From positions 19,058 through 83,057 of the forward strand of contig JACQQA010000004.1 in assembly GCA_016207245.1 (NCBI GenBank): a stretch of DNA of 64,000 nucleotides, written 5' to 3'. The number at the start of each line of letters is the position of its first letter. Within the stretch, counting starts at the first letter, position 1. The notes under the pieces were generated by a model. That model made no database searches. It was not told the origin of the DNA and was given only the letters and a program-made list of their open reading frames with translations. Positions 16,530 to 25,294 of the stretch are shown here, piece by piece. This DNA is from Candidatus Magasanikiibacteriota bacterium (GTDB lineage: Bacteria > Patescibacteriota > Patescibacteriia > Magasanikbacterales > UBA922). Position numbers and translations under genes: made by a program.

Positions 16530-17681
16530 TTATTGCACGGCTTTTTTAATTTCTTCAATAATTTCTTTTTCTGTTTCTGTCAATGTCTTCCCGGCGACAA
16601 TTACTGTCGCTTGTTTTTTGTCGCCGACTACCGGCGGATAAGATTTGAGAATTTGTTTGGCGTCATAGCCTTTGAGCGCGTCTAAAATAACGTGGACGCG
16701 CGGCGTTTGGTCATCCGGTCCGCTTTGCTCGTGGAAAAGCACGATAAACTTCGCTTCCGGCGCGGTGCCGATAATTTCATGAATAATATCATAAAGATCA
16801 TCGGCATGCGCTCCGGAACGGACAAATTCATCTCGGGTAATGGTTGTCCAGACAATACCGGTCGCGGTGTCGTGTTGCAGATGCGACAGCGCCTGCCCCC
16901 ACAACTTCAGCGTGGCGAGCGAGCGGGTGCGGTAAAGATTTTGCACAATGAAATCTCGATCCGCGCCAAGATGCATTAGTTCGCTCGCCACCGTAAGCGC
17001 GCGCGGTTGGACATTGGCTGATTTGAAACTGCGGGTCGCGTCAATCATTCCGGTTAAAAGCGCGGTGGCGATGTCTTTATCAATATTTTCCGCCTGCCAG
17101 TCTTTGAAAAGCCGGTACAAAATTTCCGCGGTTGAGGTGGCGGTAATGTCAGTTAAATTAATGTGTCCGAAATGTTCGTTGCCGTTGGAATTATCAATGT
17201 TGACAATCGGTTTTTTATAAAAAAGTTCGGTGTTGTTGTCATAAATTCCGCCGAGCGCCTCCAAATCCGGCGTGCCTAAAACAAAAATAATATCGTATTT
17301 GAAATCGGACTGGGCGGTGCGGATATCTTCGCGGCTTAAAAAATTGTGCTGGGGCGTAATAAAAATCCGCAGCTGCTCCTCTTTTAAATCATAGCTCAAT
17401 TCTTGCACTCCGGCGCGGTGCACGTCAACCGTGATAACGAATTTTTGCAGATAAGGAAAGCGATCGCGGATGCTCTCGGCGCGTTTGAGAAATTTAAGCG
17501 TTTTCGGCAGATGAAAATCTTGCGCCACCAAATCCACCTGCTTGCCGATTTTCTCCAAAAACAAAGCCAGCGCCAGTCCGCTCGCTATTGCGTCGCCGTT
17601 GCCGTTCGCGTGAAACGCAACCAGCGCGTGCTTGCTGTTTTCAAGCAATTTTTTGATTTGTTCCGCTTCAGTTAATGTCAT
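16530..17681 (-). CDS. DHH-family (NrnA-like) protein with degenerate catalytic motifs
   Basis: Overall DHH/DHHA1 architecture, but the motifs read HANGNGDAIAS, VLGTPD, NIDNSNGN (DHH position) and VVGDKK (GGGH position). Confidence 0.7.
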   Translation of the reverse strand: MTLTEAEQIKKLLENSKHALVAFHANGNGDAIASGLALALFLEKIGKQVDLVAQDFHLPKTLKFLKRAESIRDRFPYLQKFVITVDVHRAGVQELSYDLKEEQLRIFITPQHNFLSREDIRTAQSDFKYDIIFVLGTPDLEALGGIYDNNTELFYKKPIVNIDNSNGNEHFGHINLTDITATSTAEILYRLFKDWQAENIDKDIATALLTGMIDATRSFKSANVQPRALTVASELMHLGADRDFIVQNLYRTRSLATLKLWGQALSHLQHDTATGIVWTTITRDEFVRSGAHADDLYDIIHEIIGTAPEAKFIVLFHEQSGPDDQTPRVHVILDALKGYDAKQILKSYPPVVGDKKQATVIVAGKTLTETEKEIIEEIKKAVQ

Positions 17682-17827
17682 AAATGAATATATGATTATA
17701 TCAGCTACTGCGATTTATGTCAACCAAGCCAAAGATGCAGGTTTGTGGATAAAGATTTTCTGTCTTTTTAGCTTGAATTAGCCGTTTCTTGCAATGTTTG
17801 GTTGTTTGTTGTATCCTATATCATATT

Positions 17828-19969
17828 ATGAAGGATGAATTATCCAAAGCTTACGAGGCGCAAAAATACGAAACCGAGATTTACAAACGCTGGGAAGAAA
17901 GCGGGTTTTTCGCGCCGAATAAAGATTCCAAAGCAAAGCCTTTTTGCGTAATTATGCCGCCGCCGAACTCCAACGGCTCATTGCATATCGGCCACGCGGT
18001 TTTTGTGACTTTGGAAGATATTATGATTCGGTACCATCGGATGAAAGGCGAGGCGGCGTTATGGCTGCCCGGAGCCGACCACGCCGGATTTGAGACGCAG
18101 GTAGTGTATCAGAAAAAACTGGAAAAAGAAGGCCGAAATTGGTTTCATATTCCGCGCGAAGAATTATACAAAGAAATCTGGGATTTCACGCAGACAAATA
18201 AAAAAGTAATGGAGGGTCAGCTGCGCCGTTTGGGCGCTTCCTGTGATTGGTCGCGGGAGATTTTTACATTGGATGAAAGAATCGTCAAAACCGTCAACGA
18301 AACATTTAAAAAATTATACGATGACGGACTGGTTTATCGCGGCGAACGCATTATTAATTGGTGCGTTAAGCACCAGACGACCTTGTCTGATTTGGAAGTT
18401 AAGCACGAAGAAAAAGACGGCGCGCTTACGCACATTAAATACTCTATCAAAAACAGCGACAAGTTTATCATCGTGGCTACCACTCGTCCGGAGACAATGC
18501 TCGGAGACACTGCCGTGGCGGTGAATCCGAAAGACAAGAGATATAAAAATTTGATTGGGGAAATCGTGATTTTGCCTTTGGTCGGCCGCGAGATTCCCAT
18601 TGTGGCGGACGCGGCTGTGGAAATGGAGTTTGGCACCGGCGCGGTAAAGGTAACGCCAAGCCACGATCCTTTGGATTTTGAAATCGCCCAACGACATAAT
18701 TTGGAAAAAATTCAAGTGATTGGCCAAGATGGAAAAATGACCGTTGCGGCCGGCGCGCCGTATGCGGGTTTGAAAGCCGAAGAAGCGCGCGTTAAAGTGG
18801 TGGAAGATTTGCGCGCTCTCGGATTGATTGTCAAAGAGGAACCGCACAAACACGTTGTCGGCGCCTGCTATAAGTGCGGCCGCGTGATTGAGCCGTTAGT
18901 TTTGCCGCAGTGGTTTATAAAGGTTAAACCACTCACGGAAAAAGCGTTGAAAGCCGTGAAGGCCGGAAAGACAAAATTTGTCACTGAAAAATTTGAAAAA
19001 ATTTTTTTTCATTGGCTAAAAAACCTGCGCGATTGGAACATCTCGCGACAGATTGTCTGGGGCATTCGCATTCCGGTTTGGTATCGTTCGGCTGACGCTC
19101 ACGGCAAGTCAGAAGAAATTTATGTGGGGACGGAAGCGCCCAAAGGAGACGGCTGGGAGCAAGAAAAAGATGTTTTTGACACGTGGTTCTCTTCCAGCCA
19201 ATGGCCGTTCGCGACTTTGCAAATTACCGGCGATTTCAAAAAGTTTTATCCGACGTCAGTAATGGAAACCGGTTATGATATCCTGCCGTTTTGGGTGATG
19301 AGAATGTTAATGCTGGGGCTGTACGCGACCGGTAGGGTTCCGTTTCAAACAGTATATTTGCACGGTCTGGTTCGCGACAAAGACCGGCAGAAAATGAGCA
19401 AGTCCAAAGGCAATGTGATTGACCCATTGGGTGTGGTGGATATGTATGGCGCGGACGCCTTACGCATGGCTTTGGTGTTTGGCGTGTCCGCCGGCAATGA
19501 TATTGTTATTTCTGAAGATAAAATCCGCGCGCATCGCAATTTTGCCAATAAAATTTGGAATGCCTCGCGGTTTGTTTTGATGAATTTGGGCGATGATTCT
19601 AAACCGACTGACTCAGCTGAATTGAAAAAACAAAAATTGACTTCGGCCGATGCGCATATGCTGAAGCGGTTGTCTGAGGTAGTAAAAAGGGTTACTAAAT
19701 TTTTGGATAAATTTGAATTTCATTTAGCAGCCGAGGAAATTTATCAATTTTTTTGGCACGAATTTTGCGATAAATATTTGGAAGAAGTAAAACCGCGTTT
19801 GCAGATTGAAGGGGAAGAGAAGCGAGCGGCGCAGGCGGTTCTGCGCGAAACGCTCGTCAGCTCGCTTAAACTTCTGCATCCGTTTATGCCATTTGTGACC
19901 GAATCGGTTTACCAAATGCTGTCGGGAAAAGAAAAACAATTTTTAATGATTGAAGAGTGGCCTAAATAA
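17828..19969 (+). CDS. valS: Valyl-tRNA synthetase (short form)
   Basis: PPPNSNGSLHIGHA, TRPETMLGDTAVAVNP, KMSKSKGNVIDP. Start at ATG 17828 (MKDELSKAYE). Confidence 0.9.
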   Translation: MKDELSKAYEAQKYETEIYKRWEESGFFAPNKDSKAKPFCVIMPPPNSNGSLHIGHAVFVTLEDIMIRYHRMKGEAALWLPGADHAGFETQVVYQKKLEKEGRNWFHIPREELYKEIWDFTQTNKKVMEGQLRRLGASCDWSREIFTLDERIVKTVNETFKKLYDDGLVYRGERIINWCVKHQTTLSDLEVKHEEKDGALTHIKYSIKNSDKFIIVATTRPETMLGDTAVAVNPKDKRYKNLIGEIVILPLVGREIPIVADAAVEMEFGTGAVKVTPSHDPLDFEIAQRHNLEKIQVIGQDGKMTVAAGAPYAGLKAEEARVKVVEDLRALGLIVKEEPHKHVVGACYKCGRVIEPLVLPQWFIKVKPLTEKALKAVKAGKTKFVTEKFEKIFFHWLKNLRDWNISRQIVWGIRIPVWYRSADAHGKSEEIYVGTEAPKGDGWEQEKDVFDTWFSSSQWPFATLQITGDFKKFYPTSVMETGYDILPFWVMRMLMLGLYATGRVPFQTVYLHGLVRDKDRQKMSKSKGNVIDPLGVVDMYGADALRMALVFGVSAGNDIVISEDKIRAHRNFANKIWNASRFVLMNLGDDSKPTDSAELKKQKLTSADAHMLKRLSEVVKRVTKFLDKFEFHLAAEEIYQFFWHEFCDKYLEEVKPRLQIEGEEKRAAQAVLRETLVSSLKLLHPFMPFVTESVYQMLSGKEKQFLMIEEWPK

Positions 19970-19983
19970 ATTATTTATCACGT

Positions 19984-21159
19984 ATGAAAATCAACGCTGA
20001 CCCAAAAAAAATTGAGGAATTATTAACGCGGGGGGTGGAGAATATCTACCCGACACGGGAGTTTTTGGAAAAACGATTAAAATCCGGCGAGCGGTTGACG
20101 CTATATACCGGCTATGACCCCACCGCGCCGACCCTCCACATCGGCCACGGCATTACAATGCTTAAGTTACGTGAGTTTCAGGATTTAGGGCATAAAATAA
20201 TTTTTTTGATTGGTGATTTTACCGGCATGATTGGTGACCCGACTGACAAGACATCCGCGCGTCAGCAGTTGACCCACAAGCAAGTGTTGCAAAATTGCAA
20301 AGAATACAAAAAACAAGCTGCGTCAATTTTGGATTTTGGCGGGGAAAATCCAGTGCAATTAAAATTTAACAGCAAATGGTTGGGAAAATTAAAGTTTGCG
20401 GATATTTTAGAGCTATCTTCACGTTTTACGGTACAAAGAATGTCGGAACGCGACATGTTCCAGAAGCGTTTGCAGGAAGAGAAACCGATTTATTTGCATG
20501 AATTTTTGTATCCTATGATGCAAGCGTATGATAGTGTCGCGATGGGTGTTGATGGGGAAGTTGGTGGTAATGACCAGACGTTTAATATGCTCTGTGGACG
20601 CGATTTAATGAAAGATCTAAAACACAAAGAAAAATTTGTATTGACCATGAAACTTTTGGCTGATAATACCGGTAAAAAGATGGGGAAGAGCGAGGGCAAC
20701 ATGATCGCATTGGCAGACAGCCCGGAAGATATGTTTGGCAAAGTAATGAGCTGGAGCGATGAAATGATTGTTCGCGGGTTTGAATTGTGCACACGCGTTG
20801 ATGTTCCAGACGATAAAGCCGCGGCCCAAGAACCAATGAAGTACAAAAAAATGTTGGCTTATGAAATTACTAAGGCGTTTTTAGGAGAAAAAGCGGCGCA
20901 AAAAGCGCAGGAATATTTCATTAGCACCTTTAGCAAAAAAGAACAGCCGGCTGAAATGCCGGAAATCAAACCATCCAATTATGACATTGCTACGGTTTTG
21001 ATTGAAGCAAAAATCTGCGCCAGCAAAGGCGATGCGCGGCGGCAGATCGAGCAGGGCGGGGTGAAAGTTAATGGCGAAAAAATATCCGACTTCGGTTTCA
21101 AAATAAAAAAAGGCGATGTGATCCAGAAAGGAAGCCGATTTTTTGTTCGTGTGAAATAA
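19984..21159 (+). CDS. tyrS: Tyrosyl-tRNA synthetase
   Basis: YTGYDPTAPTLHIGHG, KMGKSEGN, C-terminal S4-like domain (ARRQIEQGGVKVNGEKI). Confidence 0.92.
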   Translation: MKINADPKKIEELLTRGVENIYPTREFLEKRLKSGERLTLYTGYDPTAPTLHIGHGITMLKLREFQDLGHKIIFLIGDFTGMIGDPTDKTSARQQLTHKQVLQNCKEYKKQAASILDFGGENPVQLKFNSKWLGKLKFADILELSSRFTVQRMSERDMFQKRLQEEKPIYLHEFLYPMMQAYDSVAMGVDGEVGGNDQTFNMLCGRDLMKDLKHKEKFVLTMKLLADNTGKKMGKSEGNMIALADSPEDMFGKVMSWSDEMIVRGFELCTRVDVPDDKAAAQEPMKYKKMLAYEITKAFLGEKAAQKAQEYFISTFSKKEQPAEMPEIKPSNYDIATVLIEAKICASKGDARRQIEQGGVKVNGEKISDFGFKIKKGDVIQKGSRFFVRVK

Positions 21160-21190
21160 CATACAGTTTTATAATATTATTTTCAATAAT

Positions 21191-21484
21191 ATGGAATCAG
21201 CGGAAAGAAGAACGGTGAAGGAAGATGGCATAGGCTTTATACAATTTTGTCGAGGATTTGACCACACCGAAAAAGTGGGTACAGTATTACAAATAAGAGA
21301 TGATTTTGGTTTTCGCCACCAAGGCGAGAAGAACAAAACGCAAGCTTTTTTAGACAAAGCGCACCGGCATGGTTTGCGGGCCGATGTTAAACTGGTAAAC
21401 GGTGAGCGTGAGATATATGTCAATCTATCGGAAGCGACTGAAGGCATCATTAGGGTGGAGTATTATTTGACAAAAGACAATTAA
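21191..21484 (+). CDS. Hypothetical protein (97 aa)
   Basis: ORF only; no recognisable motif. Confidence 0.45.
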   Translation: MESAERRTVKEDGIGFIQFCRGFDHTEKVGTVLQIRDDFGFRHQGEKNKTQAFLDKAHRHGLRADVKLVNGEREIYVNLSEATEGIIRVEYYLTKDN

Positions 21485-21508
21485 GTTTTTGTATGAATTA
21501 AATAAATT

Positions 21509-22054
21509 ATGGAATATAAAGTATTGCCAAATCCAACCACGCGCGACGGTATGTCCAGAAGAAATATGATCTGCATGCTTTTGTACTGGGTCGTCGTCTT
21601 GGCGATTGGCTGGTTTCATCTTGTATCAAGAAATATACTTACGTTTTTATTTATATTGTTTTGGCCGCTAATGATCGGTTTGGGGTTTATTAAATATTTT
21701 TATTTTACTGTTGGCACGGATGAGCTGGTTATAAAGAGCCCGCTACCCCTGGTTAAGTTTACTTTAACTAAAGACAGAATAGAGCGCGTTTGGGAGGCTA
21801 ATTTTACACAAGTTTCATCCCTGCAATCCTTGTCACTACCTCGTGGTATGCGAATGCCAAAGAGGACGATTTTTATCAAATATAAACAACGGAGGGGGAA
21901 AGAATTTATTCAAAAAAACATGTCAATTGAGCTCGCGGACGAGGTTCAATACCCAACGGTCTTAAAAGAACTAGTGGAAAAAAAATTTCCAGTATTTTTG
22001 GTTTCCAAGATTAAAGAAATTGATGATTTTTCTAGTTTGTCGCCTGTTGTATGA
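21509..22054 (+). CDS. Hypothetical membrane protein (2 TM plus soluble C-terminal domain)
   Basis: Two hydrophobic helices near the N-terminus. The stop overlaps the argS start (ATGA at 22051-22054). Confidence 0.6.
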   Translation: MEYKVLPNPTTRDGMSRRNMICMLLYWVVVLAIGWFHLVSRNILTFLFILFWPLMIGLGFIKYFYFTVGTDELVIKSPLPLVKFTLTKDRIERVWEANFTQVSSLQSLSLPRGMRMPKRTIFIKYKQRRGKEFIQKNMSIELADEVQYPTVLKELVEKKFPVFLVSKIKEIDDFSSLSPVV

Positions 22055-23763
22055 TAATGAAACCACAGGTTGAAAAAATATTGAGAGAGGCGGGTGTAAT
22101 TGGTGAAATTGAATTTACCATACCGCCAAACGCGGAAATGGGTGATTTGGCGTTTGCGTGTTTTGGTTTGGCGAAAGAATGGAAAATGAATCCGGCGGAG
22201 GCGGCGAAGAAAATCATCGTAGAGGCAGGTCGCGACCTGCCCGTACAGGTAGAAAGAATTGAGGCAGTCGGCCCGTATGTGAATTTTTATTTTAATGCGT
22301 CAGAGTTGGCGAAGTTGGTGTTGGGTAATTATGATAGGGACAGATCGCGACCTGTCCGTACCATCCGGCATGTTGGCAGGGGCAAGAAAACCATGGTTGA
22401 GTTCGCCCACCCCAACACCCATAAGCCCGTGCATATCGGCCATTTGCGCAACATGATTACCGGCGAGAGTTTGGTGAGGATTTTGGAGAATCAGGGCAAT
22501 AAAGTGGTGCGGGCGAATTATCAGGGCGATGTGGGGATGCATATCGCAAAATGTTTGTGGGGCATTTTGAGGATTTCAGATTTCAGATTTCAGATTTCAG
22601 ATTTGAAGAGAGCGGACGAACGGGCGAGGTTTTTGGGGGAGACTTACGCGATGGGCGGGCAGGCGTTTGAGAAAGATGAAACGGCGAAAAAAGAGATTGA
22701 AGCGCTGAACATCAAAATTTATAATAAAAACAAATCGGTCTGGGGTTTGTATAAAAAAACCAGAAAGTGGAGTTTGGATTATTTTGATTATATTTACAAA
22801 AAAGTGGGGGTAAAAAAATTTGACCGTTTGTATTTTGAATCGGAAACCTTTGAACTTGGCAAGAAGATTGTTCTGGCCGGACTAAAAAAAGATATTTTTA
22901 AGGCGAGCCAAGGCGCGATTATTTTTGAAGGGAGTAAATATGGTTTGCATGATCGGGTGTTTATCAGCAGCAAGGGACTGCCAACTTATGAAGCCAAAGA
23001 TCAGGGTTTAGCGGCGTTGCAGTTTAAAGAATATCATCCTGATTATATTTATCATGTTGTCGGAAAAGAACAAGCCGATTATTTTAAAGTAGTTTTTAAG
23101 GCGCTTGAATTCACTTTGCCGGAAAGCAAAGGCAAAGAAAAGCATTTGGTTTATGGCTGGGTGAGTTTGAAGGAGGGGAAAATGAGTTCCAGGACAGGAA
23201 ATGTTGTTTTGGCCGAGTGGTTGTTGGATGAGGTGGAGAAAAGAATTACCGAGATAATGAGAGACAGGGAGATTAAAAATAAAGAGAAAGTGATAAAAAA
23301 AGTGGCGAACGCGGCGGTGAAATATTCGATGTTAAAAACAGGCATTGGCAACGATATTGTGTTTGATTTTAACGAGTCGGTTTCGTTAAGCGGGGATAGC
23401 GGACCATACTTGCTTTATATAGTCGCCAGAATTAACAGCATACTAAAAAAATCAAAATTTAAAAATCAAAATTTAAAATTTTCGATGCCGACGAGTATTG
23501 AGCCGGAAGAAAAAAAATTATTATTGGGGCTGGTGAAGTTTGAGGAGGTGGTAAGAGAGGCGGGGGAAAAGAAAGATCCATCAGTGATCGCGAAATATTT
23601 GTTCGGTTTGGCGCAGGGATTTAATAATTTTTACCAATCTTGTCCGGTGCTGGAAGCGGAACCGGCAGCGCGAGTTTTTCGTTTGCGATTGATAAAGAAA
23701 ACAAAAGAAATAATGGAGAGCGGATTAAATTTACTAGGGATTGAGACGGTGGAGGAGATGTAG
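22051..23763 (+). CDS. argS: Arginyl-tRNA synthetase with four in-frame repeat inserts
   Basis: FAHPNTHKPVHIGHLRN and a C-terminal anticodon-binding domain. Inserts at 22224, 22338, 22573 and 23445. Confidence 0.9.
   Translation: MIMKPQVEKILREAGVIGEIEFTIPPNAEMGDLAFACFGLAKEWKMNPAEAAKKIIVEAGRDLPVQVERIEAVGPYVNFYFNASELAKLVLGNYDRDRSRPVRTIRHVGRGKKTMVEFAHPNTHKPVHIGHLRNMITGESLVRILENQGNKVVRANYQGDVGMHIAKCLWGILRISDFRFQISDLKRADERARFLGETYAMGGQAFEKDETAKKEIEALNIKIYNKNKSVWGLYKKTRKWSLDYFDYIYKKVGVKKFDRLYFESETFELGKKIVLAGLKKDIFKASQGAIIFEGSKYGLHDRVFISSKGLPTYEAKDQGLAALQFKEYHPDYIYHVVGKEQADYFKVVFKALEFTLPESKGKEKHLVYGWVSLKEGKMSSRTGNVVLAEWLLDEVEKRITEIMRDREIKNKEKVIKKVANAAVKYSMLKTGIGNDIVFDFNESVSLSGDSGPYLLYIVARINSILKKSKFKNQNLKFSMPTSIEPEEKKLLLGLVKFEEVVREAGEKKDPSVIAKYLFGLAQGFNNFYQSCPVLEAEPAARVFRLRLIKKTKEIMESGLNLLGIETVEEM
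22224..22247. repeat. P24 palindrome copy 1 (GGCAGGTCGCGACCTGCCCGTACA) in frame
   Basis: Encodes GRDLPVQ. See 22338 and 38002. Confidence 0.8.
22338..22362. repeat. P24 palindrome copy 2 (GGACAGATCGCGACCTGTCCGTACC) in frame, different frame from copy 1
   Basis: Encodes RDRSRPVRT. Confidence 0.8.
22573..22604. repeat. Tandem heptamer array (CAGATTT) x4.5 in frame
   Basis: Read directly; encodes ISDFRFQISDL. Confidence 0.9.
23445..23482. repeat. AT-rich 14-nt-period array (AAATCAAAATTTAA) in frame
   Basis: Encodes KSKFKNQNLKF. The 18-mer ATCAAAATTTAAAATTTT (23465-23482) recurs at 38947-38964. Confidence 0.85.
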
Positions 23764-23774
23764 ATAGAAAACTG

Positions 23775-23803
23775 TTGACATTTTGATAGTTTTTATGTAT
23801 GTT
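23775..23803 (+). promoter_or_regulatory. Candidate promoter of the GC-rich reductase-like gene
   Basis: TTGACA (23775-23780), 17-nt spacer, TATGTT (23798-23803). Confidence 0.5.
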
Positions 23804-23904
23804 AAATCAGCGGAAAGACTGATTTTATTTTGCGTTTGTTCGGGTGAACGGACGCAGAAAAAGTTAGTTCTAAATTCGCCAGAAACGGCGAGATGGAGGG
23901 ACAA

Positions 23905-25197
23905 ATGACGTACGTTCATTACACGCGAGAGTACGAGGACAAACAGAGACCGCAGTTCAAACGACGTGTGGCGTTCATCGCCCATATGCTCCTGCCGGGA
24001 TATTTCTCAACCACTATCATTGAATGGATGTTGGCGCTGATGGGAACGAGTCGGGAGGAGTTTTTCAGTCGGCCGTTCTTCATCAAGTGGCTCTCGTTCC
24101 CGGTCATACCACCTGTTGGCAGTGACGGCGAGCCGGTCTGGGTGGACTTCTACCTCATTCCAGTGCTAGCCACGGATTTCATGCCAAAAGTTCGCGATGG
24201 AATCGCGTACCAGTGGTGCGAAGCAGTTGCTTTGCACGCTATCGCGGAAGCCGAACGCGATGGCGTGGAACTCTGGATCGGCTGGGGCGCCGGTACCAAA
24301 AACGCGACCAAGCACGGGGCTGATTTCTTAGAACATCATCCGCATCTGAGGAGTTCAGACTCCGTATACACCACTCATGGAGACAGTGGTACGGTTTCTT
24401 TGGCTACGGCCGCACTCGGCCAGGCGGCGGTGCCAAACGGTCTTTGCGGCGCGATCATCGGCGCGAACGGAGCGATTGGCGACGCTCTGGCCAGATTCGT
24501 TCCTCAGCAGTTTCAGCCGAGAAAATGGGTACTGGTCGGGCGTTCGGACAAGCCAGGCGAGAATGATCGGCGCGTTCGCTTGGATGTATTGAGACAGCAA
24601 GTAGAGACATGGCTCGCCATGTGCGGGCAACAAGTCAATGTTCTTGTTCACCAGGATAAATCTACTGCTTGTCTTGAACATAATACCCAACTCGTCGTGG
24701 TCGCTACGACTGCGGGCGATATGGAATTGCTCCCTAATGAAGTTCAGCCCGGCGCATTGGTCGTGGATCTAACCACGCCGTCCGCGTGTTCTCCCAACCG
24801 CGACTGGTCCTGCCGCACGGTCATTACTGCCGGCTGTGGTCAATTCACTGATTTATCCGTGTTACCGTATGGATTTGGCAAGATCGGCGACCAGCCGGTT
24901 ACTAATGTCGGCGCCGCGGTGCTTGAGGCCGGCGGCGATAGGGTTATTTGGGGCTGTACCGCGGAGACAATTGTCAATGCCGTGTTCGGCCACCGAGAAC
25001 ATATCGCCGGTCCGAAGGTCGACGTGATGGCAGATGTGCCGAGAACCATACAAGGACTCCGCGTTCTGAGAATCCAGCCGCAACCGCCAGTGTCGTGTGG
25101 TCGCATGCTACGCTGGGAGGACCTTCGGGGGCCGGGCGCGACCCCCCGTACTTACACATCATTTCTTTCGGTCAACGGCGTTCACGCGCAAGCGTGA
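23905..25197 (+). CDS. Acyl-ACP reductase-like / COG5322-type NAD(P)-dependent oxidoreductase, GC-rich (foreign-looking)
   Basis: Colinear from memory with cyanobacterial AAR: FIAHML, Rossmann loop IIGANGAIGDALARF, Cys-containing IWGCTAETIVNAVFG (AAR FACFAEAMLLEFEG). GGAGG lies 5 nt before ATG 23905. Counted lines are 57-68% GC. Confidence 0.65.
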   Translation: MTYVHYTREYEDKQRPQFKRRVAFIAHMLLPGYFSTTIIEWMLALMGTSREEFFSRPFFIKWLSFPVIPPVGSDGEPVWVDFYLIPVLATDFMPKVRDGIAYQWCEAVALHAIAEAERDGVELWIGWGAGTKNATKHGADFLEHHPHLRSSDSVYTTHGDSGTVSLATAALGQAAVPNGLCGAIIGANGAIGDALARFVPQQFQPRKWVLVGRSDKPGENDRRVRLDVLRQQVETWLAMCGQQVNVLVHQDKSTACLEHNTQLVVVATTAGDMELLPNEVQPGALVVDLTTPSACSPNRDWSCRTVITAGCGQFTDLSVLPYGFGKIGDQPVTNVGAAVLEAGGDRVIWGCTAETIVNAVFGHREHIAGPKVDVMADVPRTIQGLRVLRIQPQPPVSCGRMLRWEDLRGPGATPRTYTSFLSVNGVHAQA

Positions 25198-25214
25198 TGC
25201 CATTGCTTCTTCTC

Positions 25215-25248
25215 GGCCCGTGCCCAACAAGCGCGGGTCTTCCATTTT
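25215..25248 (+). terminator. Candidate terminator after the reductase-like gene
   Basis: CCCGTGC (25217-25223) pairs with GCGCGGG (25231-25237), followed by a T-rich tract. Confidence 0.45.
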
Positions 25249-25294
25249 ATATTTACACAGTGTGTGGTTGTTCAAAATATGTTATAATAATTGC

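Noticed and set aside
21195-21208. 14-mer AATCAGCGGAAAGA shared between the start of ORF 21191 and the leader of the GC-rich gene (23805-23818)
   Set aside because: By simple pair counting, several identical 14-mers are expected by chance in 64 kb on two strands. There is no extended similarity in the flanks.
25097-25294. N-terminal 66-aa extension of the sensor kinase ORF overlapping the reductase-like gene
   Set aside because: The extension runs through the 3' end and terminator of the upstream GC-rich gene and has Arg/Pro-rich nonsense composition. ATG 25295 directly follows a TGtTATAAT box and begins the first TM helix.
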